From: Ramazzottius varieornatus | Lineage: Eukaryota > Animalia > Tardigrada | DNA: 64,000 nucleotides | Assembly: GCA_001949185.1 (NCBI GenBank) | Contig: BDGG01000005.1 | Coordinates: 2,891,972 to 2,955,971 of the forward strand | Direction of reading: 5' to 3' | Shown: piece after piece, positions 11,080 to 23,914 of the stretch | Layout: each line of letters begins with the position of its first letter | Position numbering within the stretch: the stretch's first letter is position 1 | Position numbers and translations under genes: made by a program | Notes under the pieces: generated by a model | The model's input: only the letters and a program-made list of their open reading frames with translations | Databases searched by the model: none | Told to the model about the DNA's origin: nothing

Positions 11080-14000
11080 TCAGTATTCAAAAGATTCCGG
11101 GGTGGACGAGCGAAAAGCCTCTTCTTCCACAGCAACCTCCTCCTCTCCCGGCAGGCTCTCTGGACTCTCCGACATCTGCACACTAGGAGCATGAGCCAGA
11201 TTCCGCAGTCGTTCATGAACAGACCGCACAACCGAGTCCAAGTATGTAAGAGTATTCAAATCGTCCTTCTTGGACATCACAGGAATCAGTGATATATCCG
11301 AGCCGAAAACCTCGCGGTACTCCGTATCAGGCAACATCGCTGGTAGTTGTTTGCCGACCAGCAACGCCGTCTCGTAAGTCCAGCATCGTGCCACGTTACT
11401 CACGGTATACCCACCACCCCCAAGAACCAATAAAGGTAAGTGAAAGGCCTTGACGTATTCCACACAGCGTCCATGGCCTTTGATGGTGAGGGAGAAAGGA
11501 CCCAGTTTGTCTCCGGCCAGCGAGTCAGCGCCACATTGGAGGACGATGACGGAAGGTTGAAAGACGCTCATGACACGGTCGATCACAGGCTTGAAGGCAA
11601 GGTTGAAGTAATTGTCGTCGGTGATGCCCGAACGCAAAGGTACGTTGATGGAGTAATACTTTCCATCGTCGCGTCCGATTTCATTCAGATGTCCAGTCTG
11701 CGGGAAGAAGTCGCTACCATAGCGGTGCAGGCTGACGGTCATGACTCGATCACAGTTATAAAATGCATCTTGAACACCGTCGCCGTGGTGGACGTCGATG
11801 TCAATGTAGAGGACACGTTGATGGTAGCGGAGGAGCTCGAGGATCGCTAGGACAATATCATTCACGTAACAGAATCCGGAAGCTTGGTCTTTCTTGGCAT
11901 GGTGGAGACCTCCTGACCAGTTGATGGCAATGTTATGAGATCCTGCGACGAAACAGACTGTCGACGACAGAGTAACATAATGTGGTACACTGTCGGTAAT
12001 CTTTATCGAGTCAAAAGCGAGAGTGCCTCTTGTCGAAGATCGTTAAGGTCTGATTCTCCCCACAACCCCAAGAAATAAAACGAGGAAGATTTCAAGAACT
12101 ACAAAATCTGTTCATAGCGTTATAGCAAAAAGCGTTCCCATCCCCTGTTTACACTCCTCTGAGGATCACGCAGTATTTCCTGCTTCGATGCATACGAGGA
12201 GAACATAGCGGACTTGTCAATGCGAAATCGCACGCGAAATTGTCAGCTTTCAGGTCGCGCGGTGGCGACACATCCTACTCCCTTACCTCCAACAACTTAA
12301 CGACACGCGACATAAACGCCCCAAGCGGCTCTCAACAATTTTCCCACAGGCTTTTTGACATTAGAGAAACTTCTCTCACTGTTACACCCGACAAGAGATA
12401 CTCTGTATTCTACTCAGCTTCTGGACCAGTATGGTTAGATTCCACACGGTTTCTGATGGACCGAGAAAAAAGCAAAACAACCCAGTACTTCGTCAGATCC
12501 GACGCTGACAAGTTGGCCATGCGATTTTGCATTGACAAGTCTGCTTTGTTCTCCTCGTAGCCATTCGTTGCTGCCTTCAGGAAGCGATACATCAATTAGT
12601 TTTCCTCATTCGCTTTGTTTTCTTGCACTCACCCGCCCGCACCTGTTTTTATGTGTGTTTTTATATTGGCCTTTCATAGCATAAGGGTATCGGCAGCCCA
12701 TTTTTGGGCATTACGATCGCCGATCAAATTGTTCAGGAATCGACGTCAAGGTTTTAAGACCCCAAGGACAAAGTTAAACTGCTGTGCAATTTGGTGTATC
12801 CGAAATTGAGGATTGCGATGCTGAGGTTCATTTGGCCACCTGACTAGTGGTCGGGAGAATCTAAAGGGGTTCGGGTTTTTGACTGCAAATGTTTGACATC
12901 ATAAAGCGTAAGACTTCGCCTGCGTCTGTTCGGACGCAAAACCCCCGTGTGGGGTAACTCGGCTAAGAAACCGACAGAATTTTCGAGAATTTCTTTCACA
13001 AAGAGCGAAAACGTTTGGTGAACCCTCTATTCGCGTGCGAACTTAGCATTCGAGGCCTCTTGATATTGCTTATAATTTTATGTCGAAAACAGGTGGTTTG
13101 GAGCTAAAACAGTTATGCCCAAAAATGGGCTGCCGACACCATATGTTTTTAACGAGATCTTCGCTCCGCTTCCGGCTCTCTCGCAGCTTGTCGGTGAAGT
13201 AAAAAAGTCAACATGTTTAGTTTAGCCATCAAAAAAATGTTGCCTGTTTAATCAATCATTCGCTATCATCATGGCTGGCTCGGACAAGGAAGTATGCGCC
13301 ACATTTGGCCCACGCTCTCCCGTCACGCGACTTGCTCATGGCAAAACCTAAATGGCCGAAATATAGCACAAAGACCACTGTATAGTCTACGCCAAAAGAT
13401 ATGCTCATTTTTCTCCTACAGTTTTCCATGTCGGTTTTTCGCCTCACTTAGCGACATTTTCCATCGACGAAAAGACTTTAATTTCAATATCGTGCGACTT
13501 TCTCGTTCGACCTTGACGAAATGAAGATCTCTTTTGACGTAGTCTATACAGTGGTCTTTGTGCTAGATTTCGGCCATCTAGGTTTCGCCGTGAGCTAGTC
13601 ACGTGACGGGAGAGCGTGAGCAAATACGGAAATATGACCGTGACTGTACTATTGTCAGATTTTGGCGAATCGAAAACTGCGGTGATCGGTCGAGTTTGGT
13701 GCCACCCTCGCCCCGTCCGACCTCAACTAGTTGAAATGAGGCGCAAGTAAGTTTCGCACCTCGTATTCTGAAAGCATGAAATCGCGTCGTGTCACAGCTA
13801 TTCGCCTGGTTGAGTTAAAATTTCTAGCGGTATAGGAAGGTATGTTGTATAAGCTGGACAAGACGCTTGAGACGGTCAATGGACAGTTCTCGTTTGAACA
13901 GTTGTACTGGACAATTGAACTGGACAAAATGAGTCACAGTTACGTACAAAACGACGGAAGCACGAAAAGATTTTCTTGTGCACCACGTCCGCACCAACTT

Positions 14001-16971
14001 GCTACCACCTCTACATAAAATCCCTGTACAATCCAGAATGAAAACAAATTTCTCTTTCTAATTCTATATGATCCCCCTTCTTGTCCAGCATCTTCTGAGC
14101 ACGGCTTTCCCAGGACAAAAGTGATCGACGGATTATTTCGAGGTCGAAGTTCACGCACACTTCTTGGAGGACCTTGATCAGACCCTCTATGCTGGTAACT
14201 TTCCGTCAGTACTATTGGCCATCCAATGGCCCTGCGGAAGGTAGTTTGGATGGTTCTCTTCCATCCAATTTTGGGTCCACGCGGGACTTTGCGATGTCAA
14301 AATGCACCATGACATCCTTCGGAGTTTTGGGGTACAGTCGAGGAATTGTTTTTCACCATCGGCGACAGTAAGTTATCGACGAAATGCTGCGCCGATACTT
14401 TCGCATCACCATCAACAACGTATGGCTTCGGCATCCCATTCCAGGAGATTCCATGGCGAGCATGATCTTCTTGAGCGAGTGCTTCACCGGCCTTTTGTAT
14501 CAATGGTCCGGCACCTCCAAAACTCCATCGGTGTAGTAATACTTTCCTCGCTGTTACAGTCAGCAAGAGTAATCCAGGTTCGTCCATGGTGAAGATTTTC
14601 GTGACTCTATCACCTAGAGATAGGAGATGAACAGCTTTCCGCGTTCGTACCTCTGTTTCTTCTGAGCATCCGTTAGGTGTTGATCTTTCTTCTTCTTGCG
14701 CCCGTCCATACCCAGATCTTGGTTGATGATCCCACCTACAGTGCTAAGGGAACATCCCAGCTTACTGGCCAGTTCTCGTTAGGGATCCGGAAGTTTGTTG
14801 AGGATTGCATTCTTCACTTTCTTGGTAGCATCCCTCGTACGCGCTGACGGAAGGTTTTGCGAACAGAGTCGTTTCACAGGTTTGGCCCATCCGATTCCGT
14901 CCGTTCCTTCTTTTCTGATCAGATTGCCAATCGTTTTATAATGGATGGAAGTTCCGAGTCTCAGCAGTTGCTCTGAAATTTTCTTATTTTCAAACGTTGA
15001 CTGTGCAGCGCGATGACCACCGCCTTCATTTCAGAACTAGTTTCTGAACCCATTTTTGAAACGAACTTTCAAAAGATGCGGGACTGAAAATGGATAATGA
15101 AATCTGCTGAGATGACAGGAAAGCTGGTGTAGGGATATTTGTTTATAGCCGAGTTTCAGGTGGTAGCAAGTTGGTGCGGACAGGGTGTACTCTCTCCGGA
15201 GTCCGGAACGAAGCTAAAATGACACGGCAAATGTCAAAAATTGCAAAGCGCGACCCATAATTTGAGAAGTTTATCGAGTTAAAATACTCATAGCGATCCA
15301 ATAGAGTTCTGATGATATAATTCGGATTGTCTGCGAATCTCATTGCAACATTCAGTTTGCCTAATGTGAGGCATGATTTACAGGTCTCAAAACTTTTGGG
15401 AGGCCGGCGAAGTGGAAAAGATCGTCCTCTTGATTGGTACAAGTGTCCGTTCTATTTGGCCGGAAGCGTGCGTCACTTGGCAAAGCGGCTGTGTACGCCT
15501 TGTTTACTGTTTCCCAAGAGTTGTAAACAATGTCTTAAACACTGCAAACTGGATGCTACATTAGGGTTTGCAGACGAGCCTGTTTCTATCATCAGAAATC
15601 CACTGGATCGCTACGACTACTTCAATTTCATATTATGAGTTGCGCTTTCGCAAGTTTTTGCATTTGCTCTGCCCCTTTTGCTTCATTTCGGAGAGCGCAA
15701 GAAGAAAGGTCTTTCCTTACTGCCGTCGTTTTGTACGTGGTTTTGATTTTTTGATCCGTCGAAAACGGAAATTTCATAGGTAAAGGCCTCATACAACCCT
15801 AGCTGGTTCGTGGAATTTATACTATACGTGCTTCGGTTGACGAAGCCATACGAGATAAACGATATAATTCGGGCATAGCCGCCATAGCGGTTTTTCAACC
15901 ATAATTCGAACATGTGCTTTTTCTCAGCTTTTGCTGAGCGTACTCAAATGTTCCTTGTTACACGAAGCAAAACAAATTCCCTCCTCGAAGACTTAACAGG
16001 TGGGGGAACAAAAAGAATGCTGTTAACTGGAGGAATCTGTCCTGGGAGAGAGCTAGGTCGGTGACCAAAACTAAGCTTTGTGGTTCACTAAGAAGCATTG
16101 AAGAATCGCAAAGCAGGAAAGGCGACAGGGCGGTCAAGAAAGCCTGCGCGATTTACAAAATGCAGCTGGATTTGAGTATCGAGATCGTATCGGGAGCAAG
16201 AATTTTTGAAGCGAGATATCAGTTTTAAGATGTTGAAGACCAATGCCCAAGATTAATTAACTTAACTTAAATTACCTGCGCCAAGCCTAGAAATGGTCAG
16301 GCAAAAGGTATCCTAAGCAGATGCATCCCTACCGTCGGTGTAGTAGATGCATCCATAAACCAGGCACTTGAAAGATTTGGCTTCCGTACGAGACCATTTG
16401 ATAACATAAAGGCAACCTGCGGTACAACTTGATATTTCAAAGAACTTGATGTGATAGAGTTCCGTTTCGAAAAAACAACACCCTAGACGCATTCCCATAT
16501 GCAGATACTGGTAAAAGGACTAAATTCCCAAAGTAGTAAATCAACTTCAGCCATACGCTTACCTGAATTGAGAAGTCTGGAGGCTTCGAGCGATCCTCCG
16601 GCATAAATGGCACAGTAATCAAAGATCCCTTTGAATACTGGACAGTCTTCGCTGATGTTGAAGAATTTGTGGAGAGGCACGAGGTCTTTTCCGACGTACG
16701 GCAGCTCACCGTTGTTTACAATGGACAGGAAGTTTACATATTCGCTGGTGTGATATCTGGCAAAATCTAATCGTGAAGCTCTTCGCGGCCGGAACACATC
16801 CATATGCCCCGTCAGACCATAGCTTTCAATCAGGGAATGTGTAACTGCAAGTCTGTAAGGTTTCATCGGGTGGGCCGAGTGGTAGTCGAATGCACCGACG
16901 TCTTCATCGTGGAAATACGCAATTTTCTTTCGTCCAGTTGAACGGTCATTGGATTTCGCTAGACCTGTCAT
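11080..16971 (-). CDS. HDAC3: Class I histone deacetylase, HDAC3-like divergent paralog (2 exons: 16971-16563, 11942-11080)
   Basis: Motifs [69 protein letters not shown] and GGGGY are present. The phase-1 GT-AG splice reads NSG|SHNIAINW in frame. Assignment to class I is firm; HDAC3 versus HDAC1/2 is by motif similarity only. Confidence 0.9.
13296..13629. mobile_element. MITE-like long inverted repeat in the HDAC intron
   Basis: About 13296-13412 and about 13519-13629 are about 110-bp imperfect reverse complements (cacgctctcccgtcacgcgac...gcacaaagaccactgtatag / ctatacagtggtctttgtgc...gtcacgtgacgggagagcgtg). Confidence 0.75.
13981..15187 (-). mobile_element. Tc1/mariner element with frameshifted transposase, in the HDAC intron
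   Basis: About 30-bp TIRs CACC(AC/CT)GTCCGCACCAACTTGCTACCACCT at 13981 and (reverse) 15158-15187, with TA on the right and TG on the left. Minus-strand transposase remnants: ATG at about 15053, HTH ([23 protein letters not shown]), IFTMDE, and a C-terminal [17 protein letters not shown]. Stops and frameshifts are present. Confidence 0.85.
15235..15660. mobile_element. MITE-like inverted repeat
   Basis: About 15241-15360 and about 15544-15655 are imperfect reverse complements; the opposite-strand ORF translations also resemble each other ([20 protein letters not shown] vs [20 protein letters not shown]). Confidence 0.7.
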
Positions 16972-17359
16972 AGTGGCGAGCAGCTCTGAAATACAAAATG
17001 AACCGCTAAGTTTGCAAATGAGAGTCTGTCTTTTGCAAAAATTCCGAACGTCGGTTTTATGATGCGAGATTGTAAAGAAAACTCCAGGCTATCTGGGATA
17101 CTAGAAACGACAGGATTACTCGTCGTAGCTGTCGTGTAATTTCGAGGACGTTTGGGTATTTTGGAGTACATATATTTTCCCTTGGGTAGGGTCGGATGCG
17201 AACTGTGTACTTTATGTACATGCCGCATGACGTCAGCACACACGTAATAAATTGCTGGCAGGGATTGCTTGGACATCATATCCGGATCGGGGTTCAACTT
17301 CATTTGTCTGAACGACGTACCGCGGCATGCTCATAAAGAACGGCGATACTGGACCCCCA

Positions 17360-17815
17360 GTATCACAAAATGAAACGGCAGAAAGTCATAGGAGGGTTCT
17401 CTCTATCAATATCGACAGACTAGGACGACAGAAGAAAATCCTGGAAGACGCAGCAGAAGGCAAAAGTAACGTCAGAATCTGGGCGGAAATAGGCATCCGC
17501 AAAGTTCACTTCGGCATCAGTCAAGTGGCTTGATTGTGTTTCGGTTGATTCACCTCTTGATTGATCTGTGACACTATATGGGTAAAAGAGGAGCTGATCA
17601 CTACAGTTTTCGAGAGCTATCATGTCTCTGTAAAACTCACCTTCCTAGTTTCAATCAGTACCATGATAGTCTCAATCAGTACCATGTCTCGTTCAAATTC
17701 TGGCGTCACTTCCGCTTCCTGCTACGTCTTCCAAGATTTTCTTCTGCCAGCCTAGTCTGTCTTAGTCGACATAGAAAACTCCCTCCTACCTTTCCGCCGT
17801 TTCAGTTTGTGAAAT
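17360..17815. mobile_element. MITE-like inverted repeat just upstream of the HDAC start codon
   Basis: tcacaaaatgaaacggcagaaag...gaagaaaatcctggaagacgcagcagaag (about 17362-17460) pairs with cttcctgctacgtcttccaagattttcttc...ctttccgccgtttcagtttgtga (about 17715-17812). Confidence 0.7.
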
Positions 17816-18793
17816 AAAACTAGAGCGATGGCAACATCCCCTCGTTTGTTTCATCCAGTTGGTAGATCAGGCGCCAGTTTTGTGTGGCAAGCGGATGGTG
17901 GGAGTCAGAATATGGGAGTCAGAAACAGAAATCGGACAAATGACGTAACGTGGTAAAATTCAACCGTAGAAAATTGTCATGGTCAGTGGCTATCAGCTGA
18001 TCAGCTATTTAACGCTTCAACGCTACTGTTAACTTTCTCCCGAAGAAGCCTTGGACTAGCATCAATTGTTGCAGGTATGCGTGTTGCGGTAAAATGGAAA
18101 TCTAACTGCTACTCTAATTTAAATATACTGCTATCCATTTATTTTCACTGTACGCTCTCGCGTTCGCCCAGTTTCAGTCCGAATTGGTTTAAACTTTGCC
18201 CAAAATTCAGGAATGTTGTCTAGGTGTCACCAACGTGGTCGGCTTTTCAGTTTTCTATTCTGTAGTTCAAACTTACATTTTTTCTTGCAATTCTTATGGC
18301 TCCTGCGTGTTTTCATGATGCGACTCATTGCCTAGCAAACTAGCAAATACTTTAGGCAGCTCCATTCCCGACGTCTATGTGCGCTGCTACATGGATCCTG
18401 TGGAACTTTTCCCGATAGTCACAGACGAGGAGTTTAACAGGGTTCGTCCCAGTTCCGTCCACTATTTGGAACCTGCTGGTTCAGACCTACTCGAACTTCA
18501 CCTGAGTTTCGCTGATTTTTTTAGGGCAAATGGTTTCCCAGCGGACCAAACGTTCCCGAACGCCACATTCAAAGGTGTAGAGAGTGGTCGGTGGGCTAGA
18601 TCAAAGCGACTCTCGCAGCGGTCAAGGCCGGGACACTCTTTGGCCTCTGTTAGTTAAGGTAAACGGGGGCAGGGGTAAAAGAGATAGTAGAAAGCTGGCC
18701 CACTGAAACAATGTGTCATCGGACACATCGTTCGCGCTCCAAACTGGATGTCAAGCCTGAGAAGTTTTTCCGAAACAAACGTTTTCACAAACC

Positions 18794-18996
18794 GTACACG
18801 CACGACGGGAAATTACGGGGTCGGTAAAAATTATGGGACCAGGCGGAAAGGACGGCAAAATGGAAATTCAAACGTAGAAAATTATCCAAAAGTGCATGAC
18901 TGTGAATCGGTCACGTAGGTACGTACTTCTGTACCGCCGTAGTGGGCCTGGTCCCACAATTTTTACAGGCAGCATAATTTCCCGTTGTGCGTGTAC
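18794..18996. mobile_element. Small TA-flanked MITE
   Basis: About 50-bp TIR: tacacgcacgacgggaaatta...aaaaattatgggaccaggc / gcctggtcccacaattttta...taatttcccgttgtgcgtgta. Confidence 0.75.
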
Positions 18997-21288
18997 TAGA
19001 CGAAACTTTCAACTTTGCAAATTCGAAAGAACGAGAAACGTACGACAATCAAGCATTAAGTTATAAGAAGAAACCCGCTAGCAGGTCGAAAATCTCTGCT
19101 CTCTGGCCCCTCTCAATTCTGGCCGCAACATTGACAGTACTGCTTGCACAGTAACTGCTAGTCTCTTTTCGTTTTGTGTTTGGGGTTGAGCAATACTCTA
19201 TTCTTTCGGCTATTTGTTTATCTTCGCCGAAAATTTCTCGTAAGAATTGGTTTGAGTATTTTATTCAACGAAGTACATTGCGGGATGGTCACTGTTGCCA
19301 TCTGATCGTCTGAAGGGGAAGTAGAAAGCAAGACTCCCTTCTAACTTCGCACTGTCTCTCTGCATGTCCCCTCTATTTGCTCATGCAGCCGCGGTTCATG
19401 TGATGAGTGAGCGCTTCCCTCGCTATTTGCGATAAATCCAAATTTTAGTACTTTAGTTTCATGGCCTTAACCAAGTTCACCGCTGCGAGAGTGGAGTTGG
19501 TTAGATGTTTCCAGAAAGCTTGGTGCCACACTTTGGCGGAATCAGCCTGACCGAACGACCGAGTTCCAGAACTTCCGCGGTACCCGAATAACCGTTGGAC
19601 AGAACACACATGCTGCTCGAATTATTCCGCTAACTTTGCAATTCCCCTATTGAATACCTAGCTGGAACGAAATCTCGAGGAAAAAATTGCATTTTTCTCG
19701 GATCCCTAGCCGCATTTGTCAAACAGTTTCATCGAATGGAGCCCGACTTTGAGCTGGCGCACCGAATACCTAGTCTTCTAAAAATCTGATTCTAGATCGG
19801 TTCATTAAAAGTCTAAGCCGGGAAAGCAGTACTTACAGTAACTAGTCAATCTAGTCGACTGTTTCTGTCTTCTGCTTTTCCGGCTCATGTTTCACGAAAC
19901 ACCGGAAATAGTGATGTTGGCGTAAGGGTATTCCGACTTCATATAATTTTGATTTAATAAGTTCGGGCTGCCGGATTTCTAACATAATTCTTATATAATA
20001 TGCCACGAACTGGGAGCATCTAATATGATGGCAATATATTAATTTGTTTCGTCGGGTCCTTATTATAATATATTATAATATTTCTGATGCGTGTATGAAC
20101 AGAGCAAGGGAGCTTTCTGTCACAGTCCTAACTCTGTTTTGGTGTTACCGAAGCCACCTAACTTTCCTCGATTCATAATTTCGTGAAAAAAAGAGACGAC
20201 AAACATAGCGTTCGGAAACGCAAAACCGGACCTGGAGAAGCGGACAGCGTCACACTGAGGAATGGGCATTTTTAGTATGTAGGTGGATCGTGAAACTCAT
20301 ATTTCTACATCGTTTAATCAAACGACGTGTGACAATCAATCTATCACCCTGAACGTTCGTCAATGTGCTCTCACGTGCAGGTGCATGATGCGCTGTGATC
20401 GAACCTAGCAGCGCACAGTGCACAGTCACGCGATTCAATGGCGCAAATTCAGCCTTATTCTAATCAAATCAAAGCCGAAATCGCGGTTGATAATTCTAAT
20501 ATGGAGCGCTCTGCGAGTTAATTTTAATATAATATCTTCAGCTCTTGCTCCTATATAATTTAAGACTTATGAATATCCCACTAAGATTAAGGGATCTGAT
20601 AAACATTAATATGTTATGTTAGATGCAAAAAGCATTTAATTGGCTCTAATTTAATATAATATTCATATATGCCAACATCGCTAACCGAAAAGTGGCTATC
20701 CTACTGAGCTTGGTTACGGGTTTTAAGACATTGATCTTCAAGCGTGAACGTCAAAAGACGCGACAAACTTTCTATTTTCTGGGCCTCACTTTATATCTGA
20801 TGAAAAAATTCGGTTTGAAATCAAACAACCTCGAAGTTTTTCTATGGTTTGAATTTGCGCACTCGGACGATCCCTCGTTAGTCCACTATGTTTAGAGCGG
20901 ACCTACGAGATCTTCTCGGTCCAAACTGACCATAACTTTCAATATCAAACTGCCGCTCCTCCGCGCTACCCGTTTCCGTTTTTCAACATCATCGACAAGC
21001 TGCGAGCGAGCCGAAGGCGAAGCGAACAGCTTGTAACAAAATAATATGACAAGCTTCAGCTCTTCGGCCTGAAATCCAAGACGTACGTACAGCAGTCCAG
21101 CCTTCGATGTTGACATTATACATGGCTTCGATCCCGATACCCGTTACATCGGCTGAGCCCTGATTAATTCATTACAGACATTGAGTTGCCACCGCCAGAT
21201 GAAAGTCCCACTGTAGCTAAAATGGGTTGCAACGTCACTCATAAGCGCAGCAGCTGATCAGAACTTTGAATAGTTGGGCAGCTACCAT

Positions 21289-21360
21289 GCTTCCCAATGC
21301 TAGTCAACCCGCAAGCGTACCTCCGCTTCCCAATGCTAATCAACCCGCAACCGTACCTCC
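21289..21360 (+). repeat. 36-bp tandem duplication (2 copies)
   Basis: gcttcccaatgctagtcaacccgcaagcgtacctcc followed by gcttcccaatgctaatcaacccgcaaccgtacctcc. Confidence 0.9.
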
Positions 21361-22721
21361 GATCACGCTATTTTTCGAGAACAAGGGGAGCTCCGGAAAG
21401 CAAGATGTAGTTACAAGTCACGAAAGGGGCGGAGCAAGGCCGTAGCTACAGTTGCAAAGTGAACGGGAGTGGCAACTTAATCTCTATATTGCCGTCATGT
21501 GGTGCGACCGTGCGAGATCGATACGTGAAAGCCTCATTGTGTTGTGCGTTTGAAGCATCCGATCGCTGAACGGTCGAGAAGTACGTGTAGATATTAGTAC
21601 AAAAAAAAGCTTGTAGGAGAGGCTTGTAATTAATTCTGCTGTAGAGCTCACCGCTAAGTGGCTGATAGAGCGTTGGCTTTCGCAAAATCACGGTACTGGC
21701 CGTACCAAGATGAATCCCAAGGTGCACTTTTTAGGTTTCTGATCTGATTTATCCTCTCTGATTCCTCTGACGAGTCTAGCAGCGACGGGGACTCGTCCTC
21801 TGAGCTAGGCAACGATGTCGAGCATGGAAAGAAATAGAAGAAGACCGTATGGGACCGACTGGGTGAAAAAAAAGCATCAAGGATCGACTGGGAATCTGTA
21901 AAGTCCGTAAGTGCGATTACGAGCTTTCATGCGAACCCCCCCCCCCCCCCCCCCACCTCCCACCAGTAAGAAAAAGGCCTCCTCAAGTCTTCGTGCAACG
22001 AAAGCGAATAAGTGAAGATCAGTGAGCTCCTCCAAGAAAACCGCATCCCATCCGGTAACAAGTCCAAAAAGTACGGTACTCAGGTTACCACAGATGCAGA
22101 AACGGGCCAGGTGGTCTTCAAAGCCGCCACCAAAGGATGCACCGTCTCATCCTTTGCTGAATTGGTTGAGTGCTTTACGGTATTGTCGTCAACCCTCAAC
22201 TTGCTCGTCCCATGACCAACTGCATGAACGTCATGGCTGAGCTGGCCCATCCCGATCGTGGTTATCCCCTCCAGAAGTGGCTAGCTTACGAGGCTCGACT
22301 GCGTATCCTGGCCGCCCGCAAACCAAAAGACCTGTCCTTTTGGTCCACTGCCCATTCCGAAACCAAGCAGCACACCTGCCTGACGAACTCCCATGGCTCG
22401 ACGACGTCGCGCGACCACGCCCACAACGTGCAGTTGCGTGTGACCGAGAGTTTTAACCAGCCCTTTGGGACCTTTTCCGCCAAAGACAGAGAATTCTGCC
22501 AGCGTTTCAGTCGTGGCCAGTGCAACGACAAGCCATGTCCAAATGGTTTCGTCCATGCCTGCAACATCTGCCCAGTGTAGTCGCAACGACCCAAACTATT
22601 TCTCCAACAGCCGCCATACCGCCAAGAGCCTCCACTCCGCTAAAATCTAGAGCATTTAAACATTACCTGCGAGATCACCGTGATCGAGGTTTTGTGCATA
22701 TGTTACTAGATATGATCGATA

Positions 22722-23914
22722 ATGGAGCAGATGTCGGTTTCACCGGTCCTCACTATAGCCGATACACCCAAGGCTGCCTTTCGCCTTGTGCCCGTCCGCC
22801 GGCAAGACTGGCCTCTTCTTGGATACAAAGTTCTTAACGACTATCACTTCGATATCGTGTTGCCTTTCGGGTGTCGCTCATCTCCCTTCCTCTTTTGTCT
22901 CTTCTCCTCCGCGGTACACTGGATCCTCGAGAAATGTACCGGTCATAAAAACATCTTGCATTACGTCGACGATTTTCTGATCAGTGGTCATGACGAGTGT
23001 GGCCGAGTGATCAATGAAATGAGACGTATATGTGAAGAGTTTGGCGTCTCTTTGGCTACCGAGAAAGCCGAAGGTCCCTCGACCGTCCTAGTCTTCCTCG
23101 GCATACAGTTAGATTCAGTCGCTCAAACCCTCAGCCTCCCACAGCCTGAAATCCATGAGATAACGCAGCTCATAGCTACGTGGTCTGATGCATCGAGCAT
23201 CTCTCGTACCGAGCTCCAAAGCCTGATCGGAAAGTTGCAGTTCGCAGCGAAATGCGTACCTGCAGGCAGGTTGTTCACTCGTCGTATGATCAAGCTCCTC
23301 ACAGAATATCACAGAACACCACACAAGAAAATTCCTCTGAACGAGGACTTCCGGCTCGATCTTCTATGGTGGCGCACTTTCCTTCTAAAGTGGAATGGCC
23401 AAACTTCTTTGCTTGAGGTCAATTAGACATGTGGTTCGGTATTACAGCTGTACACAGACGCTTCTGCCACACGCGGCATGAGCGGGTACTTTCGTGGCCA
23501 GTGGTTCCAGTCTGAATGGCCTGACTGGGTTCTTCAGAAGAAAACCGTGCATAAGTACTTGGAGATGGTACCTATCTTACTGGCATTACTTGTTTGGGGA
23601 AAGTCGTTTCGGCTAAAACGACTTATTTTCCACTGTGCGATAAGCTTAGTGCGGTCTATGCATGGGAGAACCTCGGGTCGAGTAACAGCGCTGTACTCGA
23701 CTTGAAGCGTCGCATGACTACTATCGCAGCACAGAATAATTCCACATTCACGCTCAAACATGTTAGCGGTGTCGACAACAGTATCGTTGACTCACTATCC
23801 CGCTTTCAGAACAAAAGATTCCGGCAGCTAGCCCCCGATACCGCCGCCGATCCAGTTCCCCTTCCGAAAATTCTCACAGAACTGCAGGAGACCTACGACC
23901 GCTTGTACGTATGA
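22722..23914 (+). pseudogene. DIRS RT/RNase H (frameshifted, N-terminal RT deleted)
   Basis: YVDD motif intact; in-frame stop at 23424-23426 before the RNase H DAS motif; frameshift near 23640. Confidence 0.85.
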
